A stretch of DNA of 45,979 bases from positions 1 through 45,979 of the forward strand of contig JBCKPM010000001.1 of assembly GCA_038901675.1 (NCBI GenBank). Reading direction: 5' to 3'. This stretch comes from Usitatibacteraceae bacterium. Its GTDB lineage: Bacteria > Pseudomonadota > Gammaproteobacteria > Burkholderiales > Usitatibacteraceae. Positions 20,461 to 28,652 of the stretch are shown here, piece by piece (within the stretch, counting starts at the first letter, position 1; each line of letters begins with the position of its first letter). The position numbers and the translations under genes were made by a program. The notes under the pieces are model-generated. The model was given only the letters and a program-made list of their open reading frames with translations. It was not told the DNA's origin and did no database searches.

Positions 20461-20536
20461 TGGGGTGGCTGATGGGGTTCGAACCCACGACAACTGGAAT
20501 CACAATCCAGGACTCTACCGCTGAGCTACAACCACC
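20461..20536 (-). tRNA. tRNA-His (anticodon GTG)
   Basis: The reverse complement folds by hand into a cloverleaf: G(-1)-GTGGTTG / GCTC-AGCGGTA-GAGT / CTGGA-TTGTGAT-TCCAG / GTGGG-TTCGAAC-CCCAT / CAGCCAC-C-CCA. The extra 5' G is the tRNA-His hallmark. Confidence 0.92.
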
Positions 20537-20611
20537 ATTGTTCTGTTCGAGCCAAATTATAGCAAGGCGGCGCTCGCGAGTCACCCGCTTGCTGCTGCGG
20601 CTGCGGCTGCG

Positions 20612-21598
20612 CTATCCTGCACGCGCCAAGTAGAACCATTCGTTGCCGGGCAGCGCATTGGCGTCAGGGAACAAGATATAGGCGTCCTTTTCGGCTCGCA
20701 ATTCTTGCCCATCAGCGCGTGTGCCAATCAATTCTCCCGCGACCAGTTGGTCGAAACTCGCCCATTGGCGTGCAAAGCTATCTTGACTGGCGTGTTTGTC
20801 GATGACTTCGTACATGTGCAAGTGCTCGGCATCGGTCACTCGAGGCGGCATCGCACCGTCGCTGATGCGCAAGAAAGCGAGGCTATTGAGGATCGCGCGG
20901 TAGCCGACCGCCGGTGACGCCGCATCGTCGTGCTGACCGCATTCGAGGGTAATCGCGTAGCTCCCCACCGAGCGCATGTACTCGGTAGTACCGACGCCGT
21001 AACGCGGGTCAGTGTTGAGCGGATTCAAGTGTGATCCGGAGGTTCGCGCATGTTGCTGGCGCCGCGTGACGCCGAGCGCATAGGTGCTGAGCCAGCCATC
21101 GACAAACCGATGCACACCCAGATGCGCGGCCATTGCGCGCTCTTTTTCGAAGTGCCGAAATGGCTGCAAATCGCCATCGTTGTCTGGTGGACCTAACATT
21201 GCAAACGCCGGGTTTGACGCGCGCGTCGAATGCAGGTCAAGCAATACCTCGTGCTGGGCCAGCAATGGACACAACCAATTGGCGGCGTGATCCTCAAAAT
21301 CGACAGGGGACGCTGTCGGCGACAGGTTTCGATTCAAGTTGCGATCGCCGGTGCGTTCACCCTTCTGGTAGGCCAGCGGGTTGGCGATCGGCACGAAGGT
21401 CACATGACCTGCCACGATATTGAGTCGGCCGTGCTCGATATCGTCGAGCACCTTGCCAATCGCGAGCGTACCGCAGGTTTCGTTGCCGTGAACGGCACCG
21501 GTGACGATGATTTTTGGTCCGGGAAGTGTTCCCGTGAATTGGATAGATTTGAAGTACATGTACGAACACTGTTGAAAAATCGGAACCACTGGCAGCAA
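20612..21598 (-). CDS. succinylglutamate desuccinylase / aspartoacylase (AstE/AspA, M14-like zinc hydrolase) family protein
   Basis: PGPKIIVTGAVHGNETCG..FVPIANP is the family N-terminal zinc motif. The more likely start is the ATG at comp(21557..21559) (MYFKSIQF). Confidence 0.7.
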   Translation of the reverse strand: MLPVVPIFQQCSYMYFKSIQFTGTLPGPKIIVTGAVHGNETCGTLAIGKVLDDIEHGRLNIVAGHVTFVPIANPLAYQKGERTGDRNLNRNLSPTASPVDFEDHAANWLCPLLAQHEVLLDLHSTRASNPAFAMLGPPDNDGDLQPFRHFEKERAMAAHLGVHRFVDGWLSTYALGVTRRQQHARTSGSHLNPLNTDPRYGVGTTEYMRSVGSYAITLECGQHDDAASPAVGYRAILNSLAFLRISDGAMPPRVTDAEHLHMYEVIDKHASQDSFARQWASFDQLVAGELIGTRADGQELRAEKDAYILFPDANALPGNEWFYLARAG

Positions 21599-21638
21599 TC
21601 ACGCGTGCGCCTTGCCTATGACAGCGGCACCCGCTAAA

Positions 21639-21779
21639 GGGCACCTCTAAAAATTCACTGAAGCCGCGCTGGCGGCGTTGCAAAGCCGCTCAAAATGCTC
21701 ATGTACTACATGTACACTGCGCTTTTTCGCGACTTTGCGCCTTGCCATCATCAGCTTGATTGCATTTTTAGAGGTACCC
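21639..21779 (+). mobile_element. MITE family 1, copy 3 (141 bp)
   Basis: GGGCACCTCTAAAAATTCACTGAAGCC ... CATTTTTAGAGGTACCC with a perfect TAAA/TAAA duplication (21635-21638 and 21780-21783). It sits in the divergent region between the AstE-like gene and ddpX. Confidence 0.9.
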
Positions 21780-21840
21780 TAAAGTCACAGTTTACGCGGC
21801 CGCTGCAAGGCGCTGGCCGCCGAATCCGGAAAAAACCTTT

Positions 21841-22455
21841 ATGACTGCACCGACATTGCGCATCGAAGACCTCGCTGCGGAGCCAAATTTTTGCCGCCTG
21901 TCGCAACTGGACGGGTTACGCATCGATTTGCGCTACGGTAGCGCCGATAACTTTGCCGGACGCGATTTGTATGGCGATCTTGACTGCGCATGGCTGCACC
22001 GCGATGCGAGTGACGCGCTGGCCGCCGCACTCGCTTCGTTACAAGCTGAACACCCCAACCTTTCGCTATTGATCCTTGATGCACTGCGACCGCAACGGGT
22101 GCAAGAAGCGCTGTGGCAGGCGCTAGAGGGTACGCCGCTCACCACGTATCTTGCACATCCGACCAAAGGCTCGATACATTCGTTCGGCATGGCGGTGGAC
22201 GTGACGCTAATTGATGAAACGGGGCAAGAGCTAGACATGGGAACGCGTTTTGACGATCTGACGCAACTCTCGCACCCGGCATTTGAAAACCAGTTTCTCG
22301 CCGAAGGTCGCTTGACCCCCGTGCAGCTCGCCAATCGGCTTTTGTTACGACGGGTGATGACGCAAAACGGATTTCACGGCATCAGCACGGAATGGTGGCA
22401 CTTCGATTGCGGTGATCGTGACTTGGTCCGCGCGCAGTACCGGCGCGTTCTATAG
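21841..22455 (+). CDS. ddpX: D-alanyl-D-alanine dipeptidase (VanX/DdpX, M15D)
   Basis: 204-aa ORF with SIHSFGMAVDV and EWWHF motifs. No signal peptide. Confidence 0.85.
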   Translation: MTAPTLRIEDLAAEPNFCRLSQLDGLRIDLRYGSADNFAGRDLYGDLDCAWLHRDASDALAAALASLQAEHPNLSLLILDALRPQRVQEALWQALEGTPLTTYLAHPTKGSIHSFGMAVDVTLIDETGQELDMGTRFDDLTQLSHPAFENQFLAEGRLTPVQLANRLLLRRVMTQNGFHGISTEWWHFDCGDRDLVRAQYRRVL

Positions 22456-22471
22456 CAGCCGTCAAATCCTG

Positions 22472-23959
22472 TTATCGGAATGCGGGTGCGCCGCCCGACC
22501 GCGCGACGCTATCAAGCAGGGCGTCGAGAATGGCCCGCCCGCCAGCGCGAATCGCGCGCTCATCGTTGATCATCGCGACCACGACATGTCGCTCTCCCAC
22601 CGCGTCGGTGACATAACCGGCGACCGCAACCACATTGCGCAGGCTGCCAGTCTTGACGCGCGCGGTCTCGGCGGCGGGGCTGTCTTTGAGGCGCGCCCGC
22701 ATCGAACCATCGATGGCGACAATGGGCAAGCTGGACAGAAACTCCGGTGCCCACTTGCTGCGATACGCTGCCTGCAATACCTTTGCCAATTGACGCGGTG
22801 TGATGCGTTCACTGCGGGAAAGGCCGGAGCCATTGTCAAGCACGAGCCCGGAGTCATCGATGGCCCGCTCGCGCAACCACGATCGCACTTCTTGCTCCGC
22901 GCTGGCGCTGCTTGACGTCGCACCAGGCGTATCGCGCGTTTCAGCGCTGCCGATGGTTCCGAGCGTGAGGTAGATCATGCGGGTGATGGTGTTGTCCGAG
23001 ATTTTGTTGATGTTACGAACCACTTCCGCGAGCGGCCGAGCTTGATGTTGTGCGAGCACGCGCAGTTGCGCTGACGGTGGTTGCGCGCCGCCTTCATCCG
23101 CGCGCAACTCTCTAACCCTGCCGGTGAATATGCCGCCCAACTCACGCCACAACTGGCGGAACAGGCGCTCGGTGTACTCAGCACGCTCCACCACATTCAG
23201 GCTGGTCGAGATCGCGCAATTTTTCGGAAACACGCCCTCCAAATAGACGCGCACTTCGTCGGCGCTGGCATAGACCACCGTTGGAATTTTCCAGCCGTCT
23301 TCCCACTTCGCGCAGTCGCGGTCTACCAGTGTCATGTTGGAAGTGACGGCGACGCCCTGCAACGCTGGCGTCAGTCGGATCTGAAAACCGTCGTCGCTCG
23401 AGTTGATATCGAACTGCACCAGATTGGTGTTAATCAGCAGCGCGTCGGGGATAACGTTGTAACAAAATTCAGGCGACTCATCGAACGGTGGCACGCCAAC
23501 ATCGATGCGCGACGGCCGAAAAAAATTGCGGTCCACCAGCAAGTCGCCGTCGAGTGCGCGAATGCCCTGGTGCCGCAGTGCTTGCAACATGCGCCGAAAA
23601 TCCTCCCACGTGATATCGGTATTGCCGACGCCGCGAAGGGCGAGGTCGCCCTTGAGCGCGCCGTCCACCAGCCGCGCCTGCGTGGTGATTTCCGTGCGAC
23701 TGCGGTAGTGGGGGCCTAGGCGCTCGAGTCCGACGATGCTGGTCAGAACTTTGATGGTCGACGCCGGCTGCATAGGCAGATCGGGCTGCTGCGTCCAGAT
23801 CAGCTTGTCGTCGGACAGTCGCAGCACCGTCACGCCCAGTGACGACGCCGGAAGCTCTGCCGCACGCAACATCGCATCGATCGGCGCCGGCAGTTGTGTG
23901 TACGCCGATCCCGCCCATCCGGCCATCAGCAGCGCACCCGCTACCCACATTCCTCGCAT
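22472..23959 (-). CDS. dacB: D-alanyl-D-alanine carboxypeptidase/endopeptidase, PBP4 family (S13)
   Basis: 495-aa ORF with a signal peptide, the active-site motif PASTIKV (SxxK), DNGSGLSR (SxN-like) and KTGSL (KTG). Confidence 0.88.
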   Translation of the reverse strand: MRGMWVAGALLMAGWAGSAYTQLPAPIDAMLRAAELPASSLGVTVLRLSDDKLIWTQQPDLPMQPASTIKVLTSIVGLERLGPHYRSRTEITTQARLVDGALKGDLALRGVGNTDITWEDFRRMLQALRHQGIRALDGDLLVDRNFFRPSRIDVGVPPFDESPEFCYNVIPDALLINTNLVQFDINSSDDGFQIRLTPALQGVAVTSNMTLVDRDCAKWEDGWKIPTVVYASADEVRVYLEGVFPKNCAISTSLNVVERAEYTERLFRQLWRELGGIFTGRVRELRADEGGAQPPSAQLRVLAQHQARPLAEVVRNINKISDNTITRMIYLTLGTIGSAETRDTPGATSSSASAEQEVRSWLRERAIDDSGLVLDNGSGLSRSERITPRQLAKVLQAAYRSKWAPEFLSSLPIVAIDGSMRARLKDSPAAETARVKTGSLRNVVAVAGYVTDAVGERHVVVAMINDERAIRAGGRAILDALLDSVARSGGAPAFR

Positions 23960-24016
23960 TTTCAGCCCTTTCGCGACCCAAACCGCCCCAAGATTCTGCG
24001 GCGACCAACTGTTGTA

Positions 24017-24044
24017 TTTTGGTGACGTATTTTTGGTGACGTAT
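24017..24044 (+). repeat. perfect tandem duplication of TTTTGGTGACGTAT (2 x 14 nt), each unit carrying a TGGTGAC half-site
   Basis: Read directly. It lies 17 nt upstream of the stronger operator at 24061-24078. Confidence 0.6.
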
Positions 24045-24060
24045 CCACATAAAACACCAT

Positions 24061-24078
24061 TGGTAGTATATTGGTATT
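24061..24078 (+). promoter_or_regulatory. NagQ-type operator candidate: TGGTAGT-ATAT-TGGTATT
   Basis: Two direct heptamer repeats separated by 4 nt, located in the dacB / TonB-receptor divergent region. The same architecture recurs at three other loci in the window. Confidence 0.65.
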
Positions 24079-24172
24079 AGGTTTTTGCGACGCCTGCTTC
24101 ACACCGTCGCCGCCAGCATCGATCCCGTCTCAGCACCATCCTCTGCACCATCCTCTTGACAAGGAGAGTCAC

Positions 24173-26977
24173 GTGAAACTCAAACAAATTGCACCGCTCG
24201 TCGCGTTGATATGCCTCGCAGGTTCAGCGCTCGCACAGGCACCGGCGGCGGCTCCCACCGTCCCGCCCACCATCAAGCCCGAAAAGATTGAAGTGACGGG
24301 TTCGAGCATCAAACGCGTGCAAGAGGACAGTGCATCGCCCCTGCAAATCATTACGCGTGAAGAAATCGAGCGCGAAGGCATTGTCAGCGCCGAGCAATTG
24401 GTCATGCTGATTTCGGCCAACGCTGCCGGTGCTGACAACATGTCCTCCAACGTCGCCTTCAGCGTCAACGTCAACGAGAATCGCAACAGCAACAGTGTGG
24501 CTAGCGCCAACTTGCGCGGCCTCGGTGCGGCCAGCACGCTCATCTTGTTGAACGGTCGTCGCATTTCGACACACGGCGCGCGTGGCAACGCGGTGGATCT
24601 GAATGCCATTCCATTGGCGGCAGTCGAACGCGTTGAAGTGCTGAAGGACGGTGCGTCGGCGATCTACGGAGCGGATGCCATCGGTGGCGTCATCAACTTC
24701 ATCATGCGCAAGGATTTCTCCGGCCTGCTGGCCACCGCATCGACCAACGTTACCCACGACGGTGGTGGCAAATTCACCCGCGCCTCCCTTGTGGCGGGCT
24801 TGGGCGACCTGGCCAAGGATCGCTTCAACATCGTCGCCAGCTATACGCTCGATCGCCAAGAAAAACTCCGTGGTGCCCAGCGGGGCTTCGTCAACGGCAA
24901 CCAGCCCAATCGCGGCCTGACGCCAGACACCGGCGGCGGACCATTCGCAACCCACAATTCGCTTGCAGGCTCGGCCATGGGTGTCAACCCGATCGGCTCA
25001 CCGATTATCGGTTCGTACACTTTGCCCGTGACCAACATTTTCATGAATCGCGCCAACCTGTTGAGTTTTCAGAATCGCTGCGACACGATTCAGGACTCAT
25101 TCCAGTATCGCGCTGATGTGCTCGGCCCCGCCTTTTACAACTCGGCGCGCGGTTGTTCCTACGACTACGGCAAACAGCGCGTGATCATCCAGCCGGTCGA
25201 CCGCCAAAACTTGGTCGCGCGCGGCGCGTGGGCGTTTGCACCCAACCATACGGCCATCGTTGAGTTGGTGGGTTCGCGTACGGAAGCGACCAATCAATTC
25301 GAAGAAGCGCAACTGACCGGTAGCATTGCGTTGGGCAGCGCCTATCCAGTCAACGGGCCCTTCTACACCAGCCTGCTGCCGTTCATCCCGACCTTCAATA
25401 ACAATCTGCCGATCGGTTACCGCTGGCGTTGTATGGCTTGCGGCAAGCGTGAAAGCACCAACGTCTCGACGGCGTTCCGCGCCATGGTCGCCCTCGAAGG
25501 CACGCTGTGGAAATACGACTACAAGATCGGCTACTCGCAGGCGGGCAATCGTGCCGGCTCGACGCTGACCAGCGGCTACTACTTCACCGTCCCCCTCAAT
25601 GCCGCCTTGGGCAGCGGTCTGATCAATCCATGGCTGCTGTCTGGCCAAACCCAAACGCCTGCCGCGATGGCGTTACTCGCAGCCGCCAGTGCCAGCGGAC
25701 AGTCGTTGTTTGGTGGCGAAGCGACCCTCAATCAGCTTGATGGCGCGCTGTCGGGCGAGATCTTCAATTTACCCGCAGGTGCCGTGTCTGCCGCTGTTGG
25801 CTTCGACTCGCGCAAGGAAACGTTCCGCTTCCGCAGCGACGCAACGACGGCGGCGATCAGCTTGGCACCATTCGACAGCGGCATCAATCTGGCCTCGCGT
25901 ACCATCAGAGCCACCTATGCCGAACTTTCGATCCCGATTCTGAAGTCGCTTGAAGTCACGGCCGCAGTGCGTAATGACCGTTACAGCGATTTTGGAAACA
26001 CCACCAACCCGAAGTACACCATCCGCTTCACACCGATCAAGCAGGTCGCCATTCGCGGATCGTACAACGAAGGCTTCCGTGCGCCGAGCTTCTTCCAGTT
26101 GTATTCGGTCGGTGGCCCAACGCCCTTGGCGCAAAACATCAACGATCCGATCCTGTGTGCGACCTTTGTCGCGAGCAACCCGAACTGCGGTATTCGTGTC
26201 GATCAGATCAGCGGCGGCAATCCGTTCCTGAAACCGGAAGTGTCCAAGCAGAATAACGTCGGCATCGTCGTCTCACCGACCGATTGGCTCGCCATCAGTA
26301 TTGACCGCTGGAAGGTTGAGCGCACCCAGCGCATCTTCCTGCTGACCGTCACGGGTGCCAACGGCGTACTGGCCAACTTCCAGACTTTCCCCGACAGCTT
26401 CGTTCGCAACGCCGCAGGCGCGCTGACCGCGATTCGCGCCGGCTACGTCAATGCCGACGGCGACATCGTGCGCGGCACTGAAGTCAGTGTCAACACCAAC
26501 TGGAAGGGATTCGGCGGCAACTTCAAGGCTGGCCTCGACGGCACCAAGATGGACAGCTACAAGTCGCGCGTGTTCAATACGCGTGATTATGTCGAAGCCG
26601 TCGGCGGTGCGTGGAATGCCTCCACCATTGTTCTGAAGTGGAAGCACACCGCGCGCATGACCTTCACCAAGGGTGTGTGGAGTGGGACCTTGTCGCAGAG
26701 CTACGCGTCGGGCTACAAAGACTTTGTGCCGGATGGCGTGGCATTCGCACCCGACTTCAAGACCGATGTGAAGAGCTACACGCTGTACAACATCTCAGGC
26801 ACTTACAAGGGCATCAAAAACCTGACGCTCATCGGTGGCATCCAGAATATTTTCAACAACGATCCGCCGTTCACCGCCGCCAACGTTGACTTCGCGCCAG
26901 GCACCGCATGGGACGCGCGTGTGGCCAATCCGCGTGGTCGCGCCCTCACGTTAAACTTGAGCTATCACTTCAAGTAG
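24173..26977 (+). CDS. TonB-dependent outer-membrane receptor
   Basis: GTG start preceded by AAGGAGAG. It has a signal peptide (LICLAGSALAQAP), a plug domain (IEVTGSSIKR..SPLQIITREEIEREG..NLRGLG..TLILLNGRR) and a long beta-barrel. Confidence 0.88.
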   Translation: MKLKQIAPLVALICLAGSALAQAPAAAPTVPPTIKPEKIEVTGSSIKRVQEDSASPLQIITREEIEREGIVSAEQLVMLISANAAGADNMSSNVAFSVNVNENRNSNSVASANLRGLGAASTLILLNGRRISTHGARGNAVDLNAIPLAAVERVEVLKDGASAIYGADAIGGVINFIMRKDFSGLLATASTNVTHDGGGKFTRASLVAGLGDLAKDRFNIVASYTLDRQEKLRGAQRGFVNGNQPNRGLTPDTGGGPFATHNSLAGSAMGVNPIGSPIIGSYTLPVTNIFMNRANLLSFQNRCDTIQDSFQYRADVLGPAFYNSARGCSYDYGKQRVIIQPVDRQNLVARGAWAFAPNHTAIVELVGSRTEATNQFEEAQLTGSIALGSAYPVNGPFYTSLLPFIPTFNNNLPIGYRWRCMACGKRESTNVSTAFRAMVALEGTLWKYDYKIGYSQAGNRAGSTLTSGYYFTVPLNAALGSGLINPWLLSGQTQTPAAMALLAAASASGQSLFGGEATLNQLDGALSGEIFNLPAGAVSAAVGFDSRKETFRFRSDATTAAISLAPFDSGINLASRTIRATYAELSIPILKSLEVTAAVRNDRYSDFGNTTNPKYTIRFTPIKQVAIRGSYNEGFRAPSFFQLYSVGGPTPLAQNINDPILCATFVASNPNCGIRVDQISGGNPFLKPEVSKQNNVGIVVSPTDWLAISIDRWKVERTQRIFLLTVTGANGVLANFQTFPDSFVRNAAGALTAIRAGYVNADGDIVRGTEVSVNTNWKGFGGNFKAGLDGTKMDSYKSRVFNTRDYVEAVGGAWNASTIVLKWKHTARMTFTKGVWSGTLSQSYASGYKDFVPDGVAFAPDFKTDVKSYTLYNISGTYKGIKNLTLIGGIQNIFNNDPPFTAANVDFAPGTAWDARVANPRGRALTLNLSYHFK

Positions 26978-26992
26978 CCACTGAATCGCAAA

Positions 26993-27151
26993 TGAGTTCT
27001 AGCAGTTTGTTGAAATTCGTCGCGAGCGAAGGTCAGGCGAGGCGGAAGGTGGCGAAAAACCGGAATGTATGCGGGTTACATGAGGATTTTGAGCCGCTTT
27101 CCAACGCGGCATCACCGAGCGCAGCAGAAGTTCAACAAACTGCTAGGCTCA
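26993..27151. mobile_element. MITE family 3 (159 bp): distinct termini, but a core related to family 1
   Basis: Terminal inverted repeats are TGAGTTCTAGCAGTTTGTTGAA and TTCAACAAACTGCTAGGCTCA. The interior (GGCGAGGCGGAAGGTGGCGAAAAACC..TACATGAGGATTTTGAGCCGCTTTCCAACGCGGC) aligns with the family 1 core. I saw no clear target duplication. Confidence 0.6.
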
Positions 27152-27172
27152 CCTAGACGTTACGGCAACACT

Positions 27173-27206
27173 AAGGGGTGCTCTTGATGAGCACCCCTTA
27201 TTTTTT
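27173..27206 (+). terminator. rho-independent terminator of the TonB-receptor transcript
   Basis: AAGGGGTGCTC-TTGAT-GAGCACCCCTT followed by ATTTTTTG. Confidence 0.85.
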
Positions 27207-28343
27207 GTGGATTCACGCATGCCCGACCAATCACCGCGCCGTTCGATGCGCGACTTGCCAATGCATCCAACCAGACGGCAACTCTTGAGAGCACTTGCCA
27301 CCGCAGGCGTTGCAGTCGGCATGGCACCCCTGTGGGCACCGTCCGTTTGGGCCAAGCCATCACCCGGCCAGTCCATCATCAAACCACCACAACTCAAACG
27401 CGGCGACCTGATCGGACTCATCGCGCCGTCAGGGGCGACCAACGCAGCATTCGTTGAGCAGCGCGTGAAACATCTCGAAGGGTTGGGCTTCACGGTAAAG
27501 GTCGCGAAGAACATTCTTGCCACGCGTGGCAATACCGCTGGCAGCGTGGCCGAGCGTGTGAGCGATTTGCACGACATGTTTCTCGACCGTGACGTCAACG
27601 CGATCTGGGCGGTGCGCGGCGGTTCAGGCGCATCTCAACTGCTGCCGATGATTGACTACCAACTGATTCGCCGCCACCCAAAGATACTGGTGGGCTACTC
27701 CGACATCACCGCGTTGCACTTGGCACTCCTGCGCCATGCCGGGCTGGTGACGTTTCATGGGCCGGTCGCGTCGGCGTCGTTTAGCGATTACACCGCCACG
27801 CAACTCGAAGCCGTGCTGATGCATCCACGGCGCGCGACAACCATCTATATGTCGGACGCGAATCGTCGTGAGGCGGCGCGCGGCGATAACGTGAGCGGTG
27901 CATTCCAGCTACGCACCTTGACGCCCGGCGTCGCCGAGGGTCGTTTGATTGGCGGCAATCTTTCGGTGCTCTCGGCGATGATGGGCACACCGTACGCGCC
28001 GGACTGGCGCGGTGCGCTGTTGTTCCTCGAAGAAATTCGCGAAGCGCCGTATCGCATCGACCGCATGCTCACGCAGCTCAAGCAATCGCGCGATTTCAAT
28101 CAAGCCGCAGGCGTCATGCTCGGTGTGTTTCGCCGCAGCGGCAACACCCAAGACGGTGAGCCGAGTCTGACGCTCGAACAAACGCTTGACGATCACTTCA
28201 CCAATTTGCGTGTGCCGGCCATCTATGGTTTTTCGTTCGGCCACATTGCCAATCAATTCACCATTCCGCTCGGCGTGTGCGCGCGGCTCGACACCAAGGC
28301 GGAAACGTTGACGTTGCTGGAAGCGGCGGTGATCGAACGATAA
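27207..28343 (+). CDS. ldcA: LD-carboxypeptidase (S66, LdcA family) with a predicted twin-arginine signal peptide
   Basis: The S66 body carries IAPSG, GYSDITALH and FGH. The N-terminus reads MHPTRRQLLRALATAGVAVGMAPLWAPSVWA. The true start is probably the ATG at 27261, because the track start abuts the upstream terminator. Confidence 0.8.
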   Translation: MDSRMPDQSPRRSMRDLPMHPTRRQLLRALATAGVAVGMAPLWAPSVWAKPSPGQSIIKPPQLKRGDLIGLIAPSGATNAAFVEQRVKHLEGLGFTVKVAKNILATRGNTAGSVAERVSDLHDMFLDRDVNAIWAVRGGSGASQLLPMIDYQLIRRHPKILVGYSDITALHLALLRHAGLVTFHGPVASASFSDYTATQLEAVLMHPRRATTIYMSDANRREAARGDNVSGAFQLRTLTPGVAEGRLIGGNLSVLSAMMGTPYAPDWRGALLFLEEIREAPYRIDRMLTQLKQSRDFNQAAGVMLGVFRRSGNTQDGEPSLTLEQTLDDHFTNLRVPAIYGFSFGHIANQFTIPLGVCARLDTKAETLTLLEAAVIER

Positions 28344-28345
28344 CT

Positions 28346-28486
28346 GGGCACCTCTAAAAATTCACTGAAGCCGCGCTGGCGGCGTTGCAAAGCCGCTCAA
28401 AATGCTCATGTACGACGTGACCACGGCGCTTTTTCGCGACTTTGCGGCTTGCCATCATCGGCTTGATTGAATTTTTAGAGGTGTCC
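28346..28486 (+). mobile_element. MITE family 1, copy 4 (141 bp)
   Basis: GGGCACCTCTAAAAATTCACTGAAGCC ... GAATTTTTAGAGGTGTCC with a perfect AACT/AACT duplication (28342-28345 and 28487-28490). It starts 2 nt after the ldcA stop. Confidence 0.9.
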
Positions 28487-28497
28487 AACTTTGCAAC

Positions 28498-28555
28498 TCG
28501 CCATTTGGCGCGCGTTTTCAGACGTTTTTGCTTGAAACAGCGCGCCAAATGGCGA
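28498..28555. terminator. 16-bp perfect-stem hairpin between the convergent ldcA and amiD genes
   Basis: TCGCCATTTGGCGCGC-N26-GCGCGCCAAATGGCGA followed by CTTTCTCTTTTT on the plus strand. Confidence 0.55.
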
Positions 28556-28568
28556 CTTTCTCTTTTTA

Positions 28569-28611
28569 GGGAAGCTCTGATTAAGTTGAGTTCTAAGCCA
28601 GACTAGGCGCC
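28569..28611 (+). repeat. degenerate half-copy of the variant MITE (copy 2 type)
   Basis: GGGAAGCTCTGATTAAGTTGAGTTCTAAGCCAGACTAGGCGCC aligns at about 30 of 43 positions with GGGCACCTCTAAAAATTCAAAATTCTAAGCGAGGCTAGGCGCG (17215-17257). Confidence 0.4.
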
Positions 28612-28652
28612 TCATTTGGCAAACGCGCAAAAAGATCGACGCCGCTGCTCTT

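Noticed and set aside
21357-21683. ORFs starting MQRRQRGFSEFLEVP (also at 36520-36729)
   Set aside because: The shared N-terminus is encoded by the MITE family 1 terminus, read outward from a TTG. The downstream parts are unrelated and overlap real genes or intergenic DNA, so the shared start comes from the repeat and not from a protein family.
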